This document shows, piece by piece, positions 45,530-57,511 of a stretch of 64,000 nt of DNA (within the stretch, counting starts at the first letter, position 1; each line of letters opens with the position of its first letter). The notes beneath the pieces are model-generated. The model saw only the letters and a program-made list of their open reading frames with translations, did not search any database and was not told where the DNA came from. The stretch covers positions 2,852,001-2,916,000 of the forward strand of contig OX337240.1 of assembly GCA_946965045.2 (NCBI GenBank), read 5' to 3'. Made by a program: the position numbers and the translations under genes. This DNA is from Epithemia pelagica (lineage: Eukaryota; Protista; Bacillariophyta).

Positions 45530-46101
45530 TACAAGAAACGGAATGAGCCGTTGGTTCCTTCGTTTGGAGCATGTGACTGTACTCTAGAATACTAATAATA
45601 CTATCGTGTACGAGAAACTGTGTTTGGTTCCTGCGTGTTTCGTACGAGCACAAGAAGAAGAAGAGTGGCTTGCCTTTCAACAATAATTGTGTGTGCACAC
45701 ACGCGACGACTGGAGTAACTGCACCATTATTTCGAGAGGGTATCCTTCCGACGGAATGGAATGTCCTTCCGATAGTAGTAGTAGAGAGTGTTTCTCTCGA
45801 GTGTTTCGAACTCCGTGGTTGGACAATCTCGAGAGCGACACACACAGACTCAAAACTCTCCCCCGAGACACTCTCCTACACGCAGAGACCGAATGGTCTC
45901 GGCGAGCGCACCTACTGACAGGGTCGTCCTTTTCCATGGCTAAAAACAAACCGGAGAGACAAGGTTGCGATAGGAATGGCGTTGTCGGATTGCAGTAGAT
46001 GGATGCTGTACAACATGGGAATCCTCCGGCTCCATCCGGGGTCCTTGTTCCTTTTCTTCTTGTTCATGTTGTTGTTTTTTCGTTTTCCTATGTGATGTTT
46101 G

Positions 46102-47601
46102 TTACCCACTGGCCACGACACACGATCGTTTGGCCAAAAGATGGCGACGACGACGACGACGACAGGCTCCAGTGTGTTCTACTTGTTGCTCCTGTTGTTG
46201 TTTTGGTGGTGATGGTGGATGTTGTACGAGGAAGTTGGAGCGTCGTCGTCGCGCCACTTCGGTTTCCTGCAGCCAGTGTTCCAGTTCGAGGCGTTGCACG
46301 ACAAAAAGATCAAGTTGAACGACTGACGAATGGTCCTTCTTGGGATTCTTTTGGTGGTTGTTATTCGCAGTGTTGCACGAATCATCCTCCGCACTCTCCT
46401 CCTCCTCCGGGTCCGAATCGTCCGTTTCCCAACTGCTATAATCGTGATAGGTCGAGGAGTACGATTGCGCATCATCCTCATCCTCATTGCCATTCTCCTC
46501 CACGTCATTTATCTTTGGCTTGTGGCAAGTGTCCTGAAACACATCATCCTCATCTTCTTCTTCTTCATCTTGCAGCGAGGAGAAACGAGGACTCGTACAC
46601 GTAGCAGACTCGACGACGACTGGCGGCTCTATCCAATCCTCGTTCGTCGTCGTAGTAGTAGTAGTATTGGGTGCCGCACGTAGGACTGGATCGCCTCGTG
46701 CGCAATGAGGCTCTAGTTTGTGGCTGCTACTGCTGCGGTTCGGACCACCACTGGTCGTGTCATGCTGCGACTTGTGGTGCTGGTGGTTGGTTGGCATTCT
46801 TTGGGGCTTTTGGTGTTTCTCGTGGCTTGGCAACCACCGTCTCGTGCGTCGTTGAGTAGCTCTTGTTGTTGTTGTTGTTGCTGTTCTTCTTCTTCTTGTT
46901 TGGGGAGACACTGGATCCTGCCCCATGAGAGGAGATGAAGCAGCCGTACCATTGGAATGAATGGGAACAAAAGAAGAACTATAACTACATTGGTCTTGTT
47001 GTTGTTCCGGAACTTGTGGCGGTGGTGAAAGGGTGTCCAACGACGCTACACTTGTGACATCCTGTGGATGTTGTTGTTGTTGGAGGGCTTGTTGTTGTTG
47101 TTGTTGGTGGTGGTTGTTGTTGGTGGTGTATCGCTGATTCTTTTTCTTCTTCTTGTTCTTCTCGTTGGATAATGGTTGGCCAAGGGCTCTTTTAATTTGT
47201 GGGAGCAAACGTCGTCCTCGTTGGTTTTGGGCGGTGGTGGTTCTTGGTACAAAAGACTTGTTGTTCCTCCTCGTTTCTGTTTGGCTGGGTACTGTTGTGG
47301 TTGTGGTTGTCCTGGTGGGCGGTCGGTTTCCTTGTCTTCTTCTTCTTCTTTTGGAAGTGGTGATTGTCACGCCAACGGCTCCTCCTTGTACTGCTGCTGG
47401 TGGCGGTGGCTTGCGAAAGCGTCTCATGAGAGGGTGACGCCGAGAAGAAGGAAGAGGAGGAGTGGGTCCACTCGTGGACGAGGAGGAGGCAACGATCGTA
47501 CGAGGGTGGTCCACTGTTGTTGTTGTTGTTGTTGGGTCCTCGGTTTTGTAAGAGGATGAATGCTGGAGAATTGTGTCGTGGTCCAAAGGAAGAAACGACA
47601 A
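46102..47601 (-). CDS. Low-complexity hypothetical protein (499 aa)
   Basis: 1.5-kb ORF with basic, Gln/Thr-rich and acidic tracts; no domain. Confidence 0.45.
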   Translation of the reverse strand: MSFLPLDHDTILQHSSSYKTEDPTTTTTTVDHPRTIVASSSSTSGPTPPLPSSRRHPLMRRFRKPPPPAAVQGGAVGVTITTSKRRRRRQGNRPPTRTTTTTTVPSQTETRRNNKSFVPRTTTAQNQRGRRLLPQIKRALGQPLSNEKNKKKKKNQRYTTNNNHHQQQQQQALQQQQHPQDVTSVASLDTLSPPPQVPEQQQDQCSYSSSFVPIHSNGTAASSPLMGQDPVSPQTRRRRTATTTTTRATQRRTRRWLPSHEKHQKPQRMPTNHQHHKSQHDTTSGGPNRSSSSHKLEPHCARGDPVLRAAPNTTTTTTTNEDWIEPPVVVESATCTSPRFSSLQDEEEEDEDDVFQDTCHKPKINDVEENGNEDEDDAQSYSSTYHDYSSWETDDSDPEEEESAEDDSCNTANNNHQKNPKKDHSSVVQLDLFVVQRLELEHWLQETEVARRRRSNFLVQHPPSPPKQQQEQQVEHTGACRRRRRRHLLAKRSCVVASG

Positions 47602-48743
47602 ACGTGTGAACGAAAGAGCAAATCAGTCAGTGGATCTGTTTGGATTGAATATCTAGGAAAGACGTGTCGATTGTTCTGGTTCTGTATGTGGATTGTGGAT
47701 GGTTTTTGTGGGATAATTCTTGTGGGATTGTGATGGTGTCAAGGTTGGAGAGTGTTGCTAATTTTTTTTTCTGTGTGTGGATTTGTCGAAACATGAACGG
47801 CTCTGAGAATTTCTCATTGTGTGATGTCTTCTTTCTCTTCTCTCGGCCGCCAGCCCAGTCTCTGCGAACGGCTGACGCTTCGCCTGGGTGGTGCTCTTAC
47901 GCCCAAGCGGAAGTTGAGTCATGCTATTTCGTGACTCGCCTGACTCACCCCCAATTGATTGAGTGACCTGGGTTCACATTCACGAAACTGTACGACTCAC
48001 CAGCCGCTAAGGCGTAGTAGTACTCTCTACAACGATCCTGGCCAGCGCAGATGCAGCTGGTCTGCCGGAAAGCCGGTCGGGCGGCAGTACACTACAAACA
48101 TTCGTTCGTTCTTTTCTCTACATAACTAGTGTACGATGGTAACCAGTCAAACCGACCAGTCAGTGAGGGTAAACAGTGAACGGAAATGCGAACATGGACA
48201 GACGACGCACAGACAGATCGTCCTTCTGTTCTGTGCGACTCGCTTTCAGGCGGGATCCAGACTGGACTATACCTCCTCAACAGTCTTGGGTGGCACAGTC
48301 GCAGTCGGGGTTGGAGGTTGGATCCATCGTGCCCTGGCCCTTTATATTATATATTCAGCAGAGAGAGGATGTGACTCTGGAATCGATGGAGCTTCACACA
48401 CAATGGTTTCGTATTCGCACGTGCGAATGATGGAGTGTAGACAATCCGAACAAACATCTCCTACTAGGTAGGTGCCAAACGCCACAAGAGTGGCGGTGGG
48501 TTTCCTGTCATTCTACTATGTTTGGAACAGTTTAACACACGTTTTGATTGGCTTCTGGCATGCATCATGTCCTTGTTGGAATATTATTTTAACACATCTT
48601 TTGATTGGCTTGCGCATCTTTCGAACATTTTAAACTCACCTTTTGATTGGCTTGTCGATCTTGACCCTTTTTTCTTGGTCCGTTCGTGGCACAATTTTGC
48701 GGCTGTTCGACCAGATCGAAGAATATTAGATTCCACTACCACC

Positions 48744-50828
48744 ATGCCGAGCACTACCCACACCTTGCGTCCCTATCAGTTGCGGATTGTGGAATCCATC
48801 GGGCACTGCAACGCCATTGTCAAAATGCCGACGGGATCGGGCAAGACCATTGTCGGTGCCAAACTCCTCCAGCGTCGACTCCTCCTGGGTGCTTCCAACC
48901 AGCATCACCACCCATTGGTTCGTCCGGCGGGGCTCATTCTCGTCCCGACACAGAATCTAGTACATCAACAACACCAAGTGTTTGCCCAATGGTGTGGAGG
49001 AACGGAACCAACGACAACTGTTCTCTCCTACATGGGTGGCATGGCGGATCCGATCCTGGATACTAGCAAGACATGTCTTCTGGTATCTACACCGAAAGCA
49101 TTTACGAGTCTCCAACAGCGGAAACGTGACATGTTTCGTTGGGACAAGTTTGGTGCTGTACTATTTGATGAAGTCCATCATGTACTCAAAGACCATCCGT
49201 ACCGAACGATTGCCTTGTCGTTGCGAGATTGGCATGAACAACAAAAGAATTCTGATCATCCTCAAGCCCACCACAAGATTCAAGTGCTGGGACTGTCCGC
49301 GTCCTTGACCTATGGCGTGGACGAACCGTCCATTCGCGCCACGTTGGACCGATTGTGTCGAGAACTGGACATACAGAAAATGGAATCGCCATCCACCGAG
49401 GAGCTCGTGCAGGGTGGATATGTTCCTCAATATGGCAACAATGTCGAACTGGAACGTGCCAGTGAGGTACCCGAAGGAGTGACCGACCGTGCCTCTCGAA
49501 AGCCACATTTGATGCATGCCACCTTTCGGAAACGTATCCAGAACCAAACGGCAACATCCTTCACGATACATGTCTGGAATGTTGTGGGTGCCTTGGAGAA
49601 GCAGGCAACATTGGAATGCCGAGAATTTGTTTCCCCTCTGTCCAAACCCAAACTGGTGAGCTGGGAGGAATACGCCCACAAAATGGCCGTTTCCACCGGA
49701 ATCCCAGTGTTTCGGGTGCTCCAAGTCTGGTATACGGCTCTTCGTCTCCTCGTTCAAAGCTGGGAAGAAGAAGAAGTCCTGGCGATGCAGTGGTTAAAAC
49801 AAAATGACGCCTTTTCCAATCTTGGTACCGTGGCCGACGTGGTTCGGAGCCAGTGCGAGAATCCCGACTCGTTCTACAAGCTGGGTCGTCTTCGATATCA
49901 TTTGATTCAAAAAAAGAAGAACAAGTCGAATGCCTTTCAATGTCTGGTATTTGTGCAGCAGCGCATTGCTGCACACATTGTCTGTCGGTTTATTGAACAA
50001 GATGCAGAGCTTTGTAGGAGTGGCATTCGGCCGGGTTATGTCACGGCCAAAGACGGCAAGATCACTCCCACAATTACCATGACCAATGGGATGAAACAGC
50101 AGACGGTAGCAGACTTTCGTTCTGGGCGAATCAACGTTATCGTTGCAACTTCGGTATTGGAGGAGGTATGTGGTTCCGGCTCGGTAGAGGAACTTGTGTA
50201 GCATTTTCTCTCACCATCAATTCTCCGTGTTTCCCCCCTGACCGTATAGGGATTTGACGTTCCGGCGGCAAACGTGGTGATCAGCTACGATCACATGAAG
50301 GACTCGGTCGAACTGTGCCAGCGATCGGGTCGAGCACGGCAACAGGATAGTTCCATTGTGATTCTGGACGAACGACCCGATCGACCCTTGACCGCCCTCG
50401 AAACGGCTCGTGACTTGCAAACCGAGATTGTGGAGCAGTACAATCCTACAGAGGTACTATTATCCGAAACCAATGGGGACGCGGAGCGTCAAAAGCAAAT
50501 GAATCGAGAACGGAACGCATCCAAGACCATTTTTGGCAGTTCCTCTTGTGCGGGTGGGCCACTGTCTGCGTTGAATATTTATGTGAAAAAGACCAAGGCC
50601 TCTCTCTCGGAGGACTACCGGGGTGCCGGTGGACTGTTTCAATGCACGTTGACGTACAAAACAATCTTGCGGACCGTCCAGGTTGTAGGTCGTGGCAGCA
50701 GCAAAAAGGCAGCCAAGAAAGACTCGGCGAGCGCACTCTTGGAGGCCCTCAAAGCACAAACATCAGGTTCCAAAAAAACGATTGTTTGTAATCCGAAAGT
50801 TAAGATGCCCCTTGATTCTTCTCTTTAG
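48744..50828 (+). CDS. Dicer/RIG-I/Hef-type DExH helicase with C-terminal dsRNA-binding domain; exons 48744-50165 and 50250-50828
   Basis: LRPYQ, MPTGSGKT, FDEVHH, LSAS, LVFVQQR, VATSVLEE|GFDVP, QRSGRAR across an 84-bp GT-AG intron; dsRBD PLSALN...FQCTL...GRGSSKKAAKKDSASALLEAL. Confidence 0.88.
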
Positions 50829-50943
50829 TTTTGTCGCCTCTTTCCCTGTCATGAGAAGGGAGACGAGGAAGGAGTATATATGTGTGTGTCTGTGTGCCGC
50901 GTGTTCTTGATTCTCGTGTCTCTTGGAGGTGTCCCCTTTGTAG

Positions 50944-51440
50944 CTAGTGCAAATAAAATCCTCCTCCTCCGTTTCCGTGACGACCACACAAGGCATACAA
51001 GGCCAGCCCCATGGTGACGACATCGTAGCACAAAATCACGGCTGTATCGTCCGTCACGCCAAACATGTGTTCAACCAAGACTTCATTCCAGGCCTTGAGC
51101 GGACCTTCCAACAGAGCAGAACCCAATAAAAAGAGGACAAGTTCCACCTGTGGAAAACGTCGATGCAAACGGTACCATACTGCCAGTTGTCGATGTTGTG
51201 TAAGTTGTCGATTGTGGAGAGGGAATTTGATACAATCGTAGACAACGGGGAGAGGAAAACCAAAACAGACTGGTGGTCAACAGGAGAGTGTTCCCAATAT
51301 CGTCCATCTTGTCAAGAGACGATCCACGAAGGAATGAACCACGCTGGAAACTACCATCACTGGAGTGACACAAGGCCAATGCCATGAGTCGTCGTCCATC
51401 CCAAACCCCACCACCGAGGAGTATAGTGGGAGTAGCAAGC
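50944..51440 (-). pseudogene. Frameshifted paralogue of the 56.3-57.3 kb membrane protein
   Basis: Shared DNA (GACTCATGGCATTGGCCTTGTGTCACTC; TGACCACCAGTCTGT.TTGGTTTTCCTCTCCCCG) and peptides (THGIGLVSL, TTSL.WFSSPR, PQVE.V.FL, WNEVL) split across frames. Confidence 0.7.
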
Positions 51441-51621
51441 AAGGATAGCCTGCCAACGATGGTTGGTTCGAACGCTCCTTACCGGTTTACTGAAATGTAC
51501 TCCGATCGAAACGAGGACCATGACACTGCAACAACAAACAGGGGAGCCGGTCCTTGTCGTTGTCGTCCTTCTAGTATCGGGATGATTGAGTACGACTGTA
51601 TCATGGCGAGAGAGGCATGCA

Positions 51622-51985
51622 GATGCAGCAGCAGCAGCAGCATCCTCGTCGAATGGTGAAAAAGACACGAGAGAAAACGATTGCGGAGCGTCCGACTCCC
51701 AACCAACAGGTCTCCTCCCTCACAAGTCGAGAAGAAGAAGAAGAACGAAACAAGAGAGGTCACACGCCCAGTCACAAAACAACACAATGGTCTTTGAGAC
51801 TGCCAACTTCTCGTTGGTGTGGTCGAGAGATCGCCAAAAAACAAAAAATGACCAACAAAAAGACGGGCTCACTCGTGTCTGATTCTTTGTCAGTCCCGTG
51901 ATAAGGTCAGTTTGGTCTTGAATGACTGTGTCTGTCTCGGAAGTCAGTTGAACTTGACGTCCGCCGAACTTGCTTTCCTCATATT
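51622..51985 (-). repeat. Third copy of the 38.5-38.9 kb upstream module
   Basis: Reverse complement aligns with 38503-38882, including GTGACCTC.CTTGTTTC.TTCTTC and GACGCTCC..AATCGTTTTCTC. Confidence 0.75.
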
Positions 51986-52674
51986 ATTATATTCCTGAAT
52001 TTTTTTTGGCAGCGCCATTTCGGGATCGGTAATATCTCTAGTGCGTTGCCTTGTTTCTGTGGGAACAGAACTCATGTCGTCCTCCTGTCATGTCGTTGTA
52101 GTTTGGTGGATGGTTCCTTCCAACTGTCGGTCTCTGTTGATACATGGATTCCTGCTGCAATAAGAATGGCAAAACACAACAAACCAACACGACGAGGAGA
52201 CACCACCACCAAACAAATAATAAAAAGGATGGCGACTCTTGACTCCTCTACCACATAGCTATAGTATCTCATGACGACGACGAAGAAGAAGAAGACGACA
52301 AAAAAGACACGAATCACCGCTGCATGCATCGCCCCGAACGTGTTCCGTAGTAGATACGCCGAGTATTCCCTTCCAAAGACTAGAAACGTATGCACAAGTA
52401 CCATGTAGACTCGTGCATGTTCTGCTCCAACTAGGTAGGTGCTTCCACCCAAATTGAGGTACCGCGACGATACCTTGAGATGACTCCGTATCGTATTCCT
52501 AATACTGTTGTAGTCAATGTCTTAATGATTGTCACACCAGCTACCTCCAGCAATGACTACTATGGTAGCCTCAAGGAACGACGAGTTTAAACACATGATT
52601 CCATTCTATTCAGTATGACATGAGAACGAATAAGATGTCACCACCATGTCATCGACTTGTTAACGTTCTTCCTA

Positions 52675-55492
52675 TTAATGGTGACTCTCGTATTTATGAA
52701 TGATTCCAGTTCCTTGTTGCAAGCATTGTGCCTTGAGGTCGGCAATGTATGCTTGCCAGTTATCTTCCCAGTATTCGAGATAATTTCCCAACACTTCTTG
52801 ACCTGCATGCACGTTCTCCAACAATGCTTCCTTGCCTTGGGAGATCCAGTGACTACGATCTATGATGGGATTGAAAAATGCCAATTCCTCCTCTAGATCC
52901 AAGAGTTCCTGTGGCATTTCCAACGGATCCGCGGTGAGTTCGGTCACATTGGTGCGTTCGCCCACCACATAGGTACCATTGCATCCATGATTTAAAAAGG
53001 TTGCCACACCGGCATCCACTTGAAACGATGACCTTCCATAAAAGTCACTCGAAAACCCATACCCAAACAAGTAGGCCGACCACAACTCAAAATTGCGCCG
53101 TGCAGGACTCTGAATCATGTCGTCCAGGAGAAGCTCAACGGTATCAGGCAATGCGTCCATATGCCATACACTCTGGTCAATTGCCAAGTAAGATCCTTCG
53201 TCAAAGTCCTGTGTGAAAAACAAACCTCGACCTCCGTTGGGAATGAGACTTGGCTTGAGTTCCAGAGCAGATCCCGGAACATTCGGAATTCTGGGATCGT
53301 ACCCTTGTACCTCTTCACACAATGGCGATGCACGGGGATGAGTTAAACAATAAAATCTGGAATCAATGCTTGACGGATACTGCGCCGACGCCCATGTCGC
53401 ACCATCAAAGTACGAAAAGGGAAAGTCCTTGGACCGAGTTGCCATGGCGCTCTTGGCTTGTTGTAAATTCACCATGGCCGGCTCGTAAAAGTAATTTTTG
53501 AGCGTATCACGGCTTTTGTGAACAATTCGGAATTCCCATGGAGCCAGAAATTGCCCATGTGTCTCTTGATAGGACTTCATGGAAACCATGCCGTGCGATT
53601 CCAAAATGTGCTCAAATTGGGCCATCGTGGGAGCCTTGGCAACATGAATCTTGTTCGAGTCTTGATCACTCATGTAGGGAGCACAGCCCACTTGCACAAC
53701 CATGACACCACGATCCGTCAAGGCGTGAACCAAAGAAGATACGAACGTCTCGTCCTTGTACAAGATATCAGAAAACTCCACTGACGAAGAAGGATCGCTG
53801 AAAAAAAGACAAGAAGGAATCCATTCAATTCATAATTTGATGATGAGAACAGAGAAACATCGATTGCAATTGCGAATAAAAGAATCCAAAGGAACAACTT
53901 ACAGAGCATCCATAATAATCACATCAAACTTTTCCGATTCGTCAATATCCTGTTCTTTGTGATAGCGCCCGATAAACCACAAAATAGCATCCTCTGGAAA
54001 CACACGAGCGCGTGGATGGTCAAAGCATGAGCTATATCCATCCGTCTTGTTGTTGTTGGCGGGCGCCGCATCGACCAAATCACGGCAGTCATTCCATTCG
54101 GGCAAGTGGACTCGGGCCAGGTCCATGAATTCGGCATCAATATCAATCATGGTGCAAGATTCGACCGATTTGTGTTTGAGTACTTCACGGAGCGTGGTTC
54201 CTTCTCCCCCACCAATAATGGCCACGCGCAATGAGCAGGACGATGAGTCGGAAGCCGCTCCTTCGACCATGGTCAAGGCCGGATGGACCAAGGCTTCATG
54301 GTAGGCTTCCAGTCCATTCAAGGTGGATTGAAGAACGCCATCCAAAAAGAGACGTTTGTTGGAAGAAGCCGTTCCATATATTTCTACTTGCTGAAACTTG
54401 GTTGAGGTTTCCAATTGCGGTGTCTTGGCTTGGCTGTCTACTCCTGTCGAACCCAACAAGAATCGTTCGAGTTCCAATTCGGTCGAATGCTTTCTATCAT
54501 CATCATCATCCTCTTCCTGGTGGTTGGTACTGTTGCGGAGTTGACCGTCGGCTCCAAAATAATCGCGATAGCCACGTTTCTTGTGAGACCATGTCAGAAC
54601 TGGTTCGGGTGCGTTTGGTACATTGTCATTGCGAATGGCAAAGAGTTCCTTCAAAAGAGGCAGGAGGGGCAGTAAACTTTGCGATCCACACGTAAACAAA
54701 TCTAAACAATCAACAGCAACAAGACTGTTAGTACCATGGTCCTTCCAAAACACAGATAAGACCCACTCTATAAAATGTATACGTACCCAAGGCAATGACC
54801 CCTGTGCTTGGCCAGGTATGCAACGAGACGTGCGATTCCAGCAAGACACCGACACACGAAACCCCCATGGGCGCTTGCAAATCGTGGCAATGATAGGACA
54901 GCAAGGTCAATTTGGATGGTGTGACAATCTGCAACATGGCTTGAACGAGCTGTTACGTATCCAACAAAAAGCGTGGTGATACGTGTTGAATGTCAATCAA
55001 CAAGTGCTGGCCGGCAGGTTCATACGGACCACCCTTGTGAAAGTAGTCATGTTCTTCTTCCTCTTCTGGAGTAGTGGTGACGTTGTGGCTCGAGGAGTCC
55101 TCCAGGTCGAGATGAACGTCCACACAATGTCGACTCCAACTCCACGTGGTGGTGGTGGTGGTGGTGGTGGTGGTGGATGTAGACTCGCTTCCTTCTTTGA
55201 CAGGGAGGAGGGGATTGTCAAGGCATTGGCCCGTGTACCGTGCCGATGGAGGAATCTTGCCCGGATGCAATCGAGGGGCCGGAAATAAGTTTTTGGTGGT
55301 GGAAGATGCGACCACGTGATTGTTCTCCTCCTGTGACACAACCTCTACTCCATCTTGCTGCTGGATTTTTGACTTGCTCCTGTTGTTGTTGGAATAATTG
55401 CCCGTGCCCAGAAAAGAGGGGCCCCAATACTTCAACTGTTGGGCTTGATAAAAGGGAAGCACAACGGCCGTCACCTTGGAAAGATTCACCAA
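52675..55492 (-). pseudogene. AdoMetDC - aminopropyltransferase - SET fusion with in-frame TAA (54953-54955); exons about 55492-54787, 54701-53903, 53797-52675
   Basis: GQHLLIDI, VLLESHVSLHTWP, DLFTCG; YHEALVHP, RVAIIGGGEG, IDID, VIIMDA; SET-like GGRGLFF, TFLNHGCN, AGQEVLGNY. First intron at the same position as in the 38.9-kb paralogue; no in-frame ATG found upstream of 55492. Confidence 0.85.
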
Positions 55493-56295
55493 TCTTTTAC
55501 CCTCTCTTGTCCCAACCGAAGCAGCGAGTTTGTCGAACTCTACAAATCAAATCGCAAAATCATAGCCGCATATCTACTGGCCAAGGAAATCCAGATACGA
55601 GACCCCGTGTTTGTATTTTCCATCCAAGATCCAGTCTCAACTTCTGGTGATTCTGTCGCATCCCCTCCTCCAGTGCTTTCCAATGGACGATCACCCGGAA
55701 GAAGATCCCCTAAGGCCTATATGTCCCTCCTCACTGTTACAAATGCAGAGGACAGTCTTCGGAGATTGCAATCCCTATAGAAATGTTCAACTAGTCCAGA
55801 GGCCAGAGGGAGTACTCTGTAGTGTGTGATACTCCATGGCGAGTAGTACATGGCGAGTTCGTCGTAGCATCTTGATCCTTGAACAAGATCGGGGATGGAA
55901 GAGAAGTAGTCTAGACTCTAGACTGGAGCGAGAACCACCCCAGTCTCCATTTCGTGACGCGTCGTATGGTCCGTGACGAGACGTGACGTTTAGTGACAAT
56001 AGAGTTCGCATATCCAAACCCGTGTCTGGAACGTGACCAGTCCCGCCAAACAACATCCGAAGAATCTCCCAACCCAAACATCTGGTCGCTGTGTTCTACC
56101 TGTGTTCTGTGTGGGTTCTCTGTTCTCTCTAGTGTTCGTATCGCGTCTTTTCTAGAGAGCAAGAAACAAGAAACAAAAATTAGCTAACAATTAGCACTTG
56201 GCACGATAATATGTTGAAGAGAGAACGGGAAGGGCGAACTCCGAACTCCAACCACCAACCAGGGACGTCCAGTTCCAGTATTACAATGCTAAAAT

Positions 56296-57345
56296 ATGTC
56301 GGTTCCTACAGCTGGTATCATGCCGTTGGAGATGGACCGGAAACACAAGAAGAAGATGATGAGAAAAAATAAAGTTACGACGGAAGACGATGGAGGGTCT
56401 CTTGTTCTTCCGACACGACAAGAATTGTATCGGACCAAGGTCTTTCATCGCATCACTAGCACCACTCGTAGCAACTCGTCGCTTCTCGAGGCGTGTATTC
56501 GACACCATTTGTGGCAGGGAGAATTGGCCGTCCGTCGTGGAGGGGCCCTGATCATTCCAAAACAACAACCACAAAAGAAGAAAAAGAAAAAGACGACGAG
56601 TCACTACAGCTCAAAACCACCCAGCTACATGCCATCCTCTCCCTCGCACCATATAATCCAACATCGAGAAGAAGAAGAAGTATTTTGGGATGCTCCACAA
56701 GAACAAGAAGTAGACGATGCGGTTCAGAATCCTACAAATGTTCTGTCGTGGAACAGGAGGCGGTGTCTGATGGAATGGACGACTCATGGCATTGGCCTTG
56801 TGTCACTCGTGGGGTATTTTATCGTTACCAACGCCGTCCAGTGATTGCTGGATCGTCTCTTGACACCAACGACTCGACCACCACCGTCCATAGCCGCCCA
56901 AAATTTCAACCATATGACAGCCGCCTCGATAACCAACGACAACGTACCGGTTCGGGTATCGACCGGACTCCAACAAGCAATATGTGTGATACTAGGAGCA
57001 CTCGTGTTGCGTGGCATGACCACCAGTCTGTATTGGTTTTCCTCTCCCCGTGTCTACGATTGTGTCAAATTCCATTTGCACAATCAACGACGGCAACAAG
57101 AACCGAGTGGATGGTATTCGCTCATGGACCGGTGGTATCCTCGACAATGTGTTCCACAGGTGGAAATGGTCGTTTTTCTGGTGGCATGTGTCTTGTTGGC
57201 CCATACCGTCGATGAGTGGAATGAGGTTTTGTTTCAAGGACTGTTTGGTTCCGCCGCAACCAATCATGTTTTGACGAATTTGACCTGCAATGTCGTGACA
57301 ATGGTGTTGGCCTTGGTTGCCTTGTGTCATGGGGGAGGATTTTAA
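56296..57345 (+). pseudogene. Hypothetical 4-TM membrane protein with in-frame TGA (56842-56844)
   Basis: ORFs 56296..56844 and 56845..57345 are contiguous in one frame; hydrophobic helices; paralogue at 51 kb. Confidence 0.6.
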
Positions 57346-57511
57346 TTGCATTAACCAAGACATGTCGTTTCGACAAAAAAGAGGCGACTCGAACCACCAC
57401 ACTACTCGCAACTACTGGCTCATGAACATCCTGTTGAATATGACATTTTCAAAACGTTCGTGGCACCTTTTCCGCCTTTGCTTTTACCTAGTTTTCACAT
57501 TCAGACCAATC

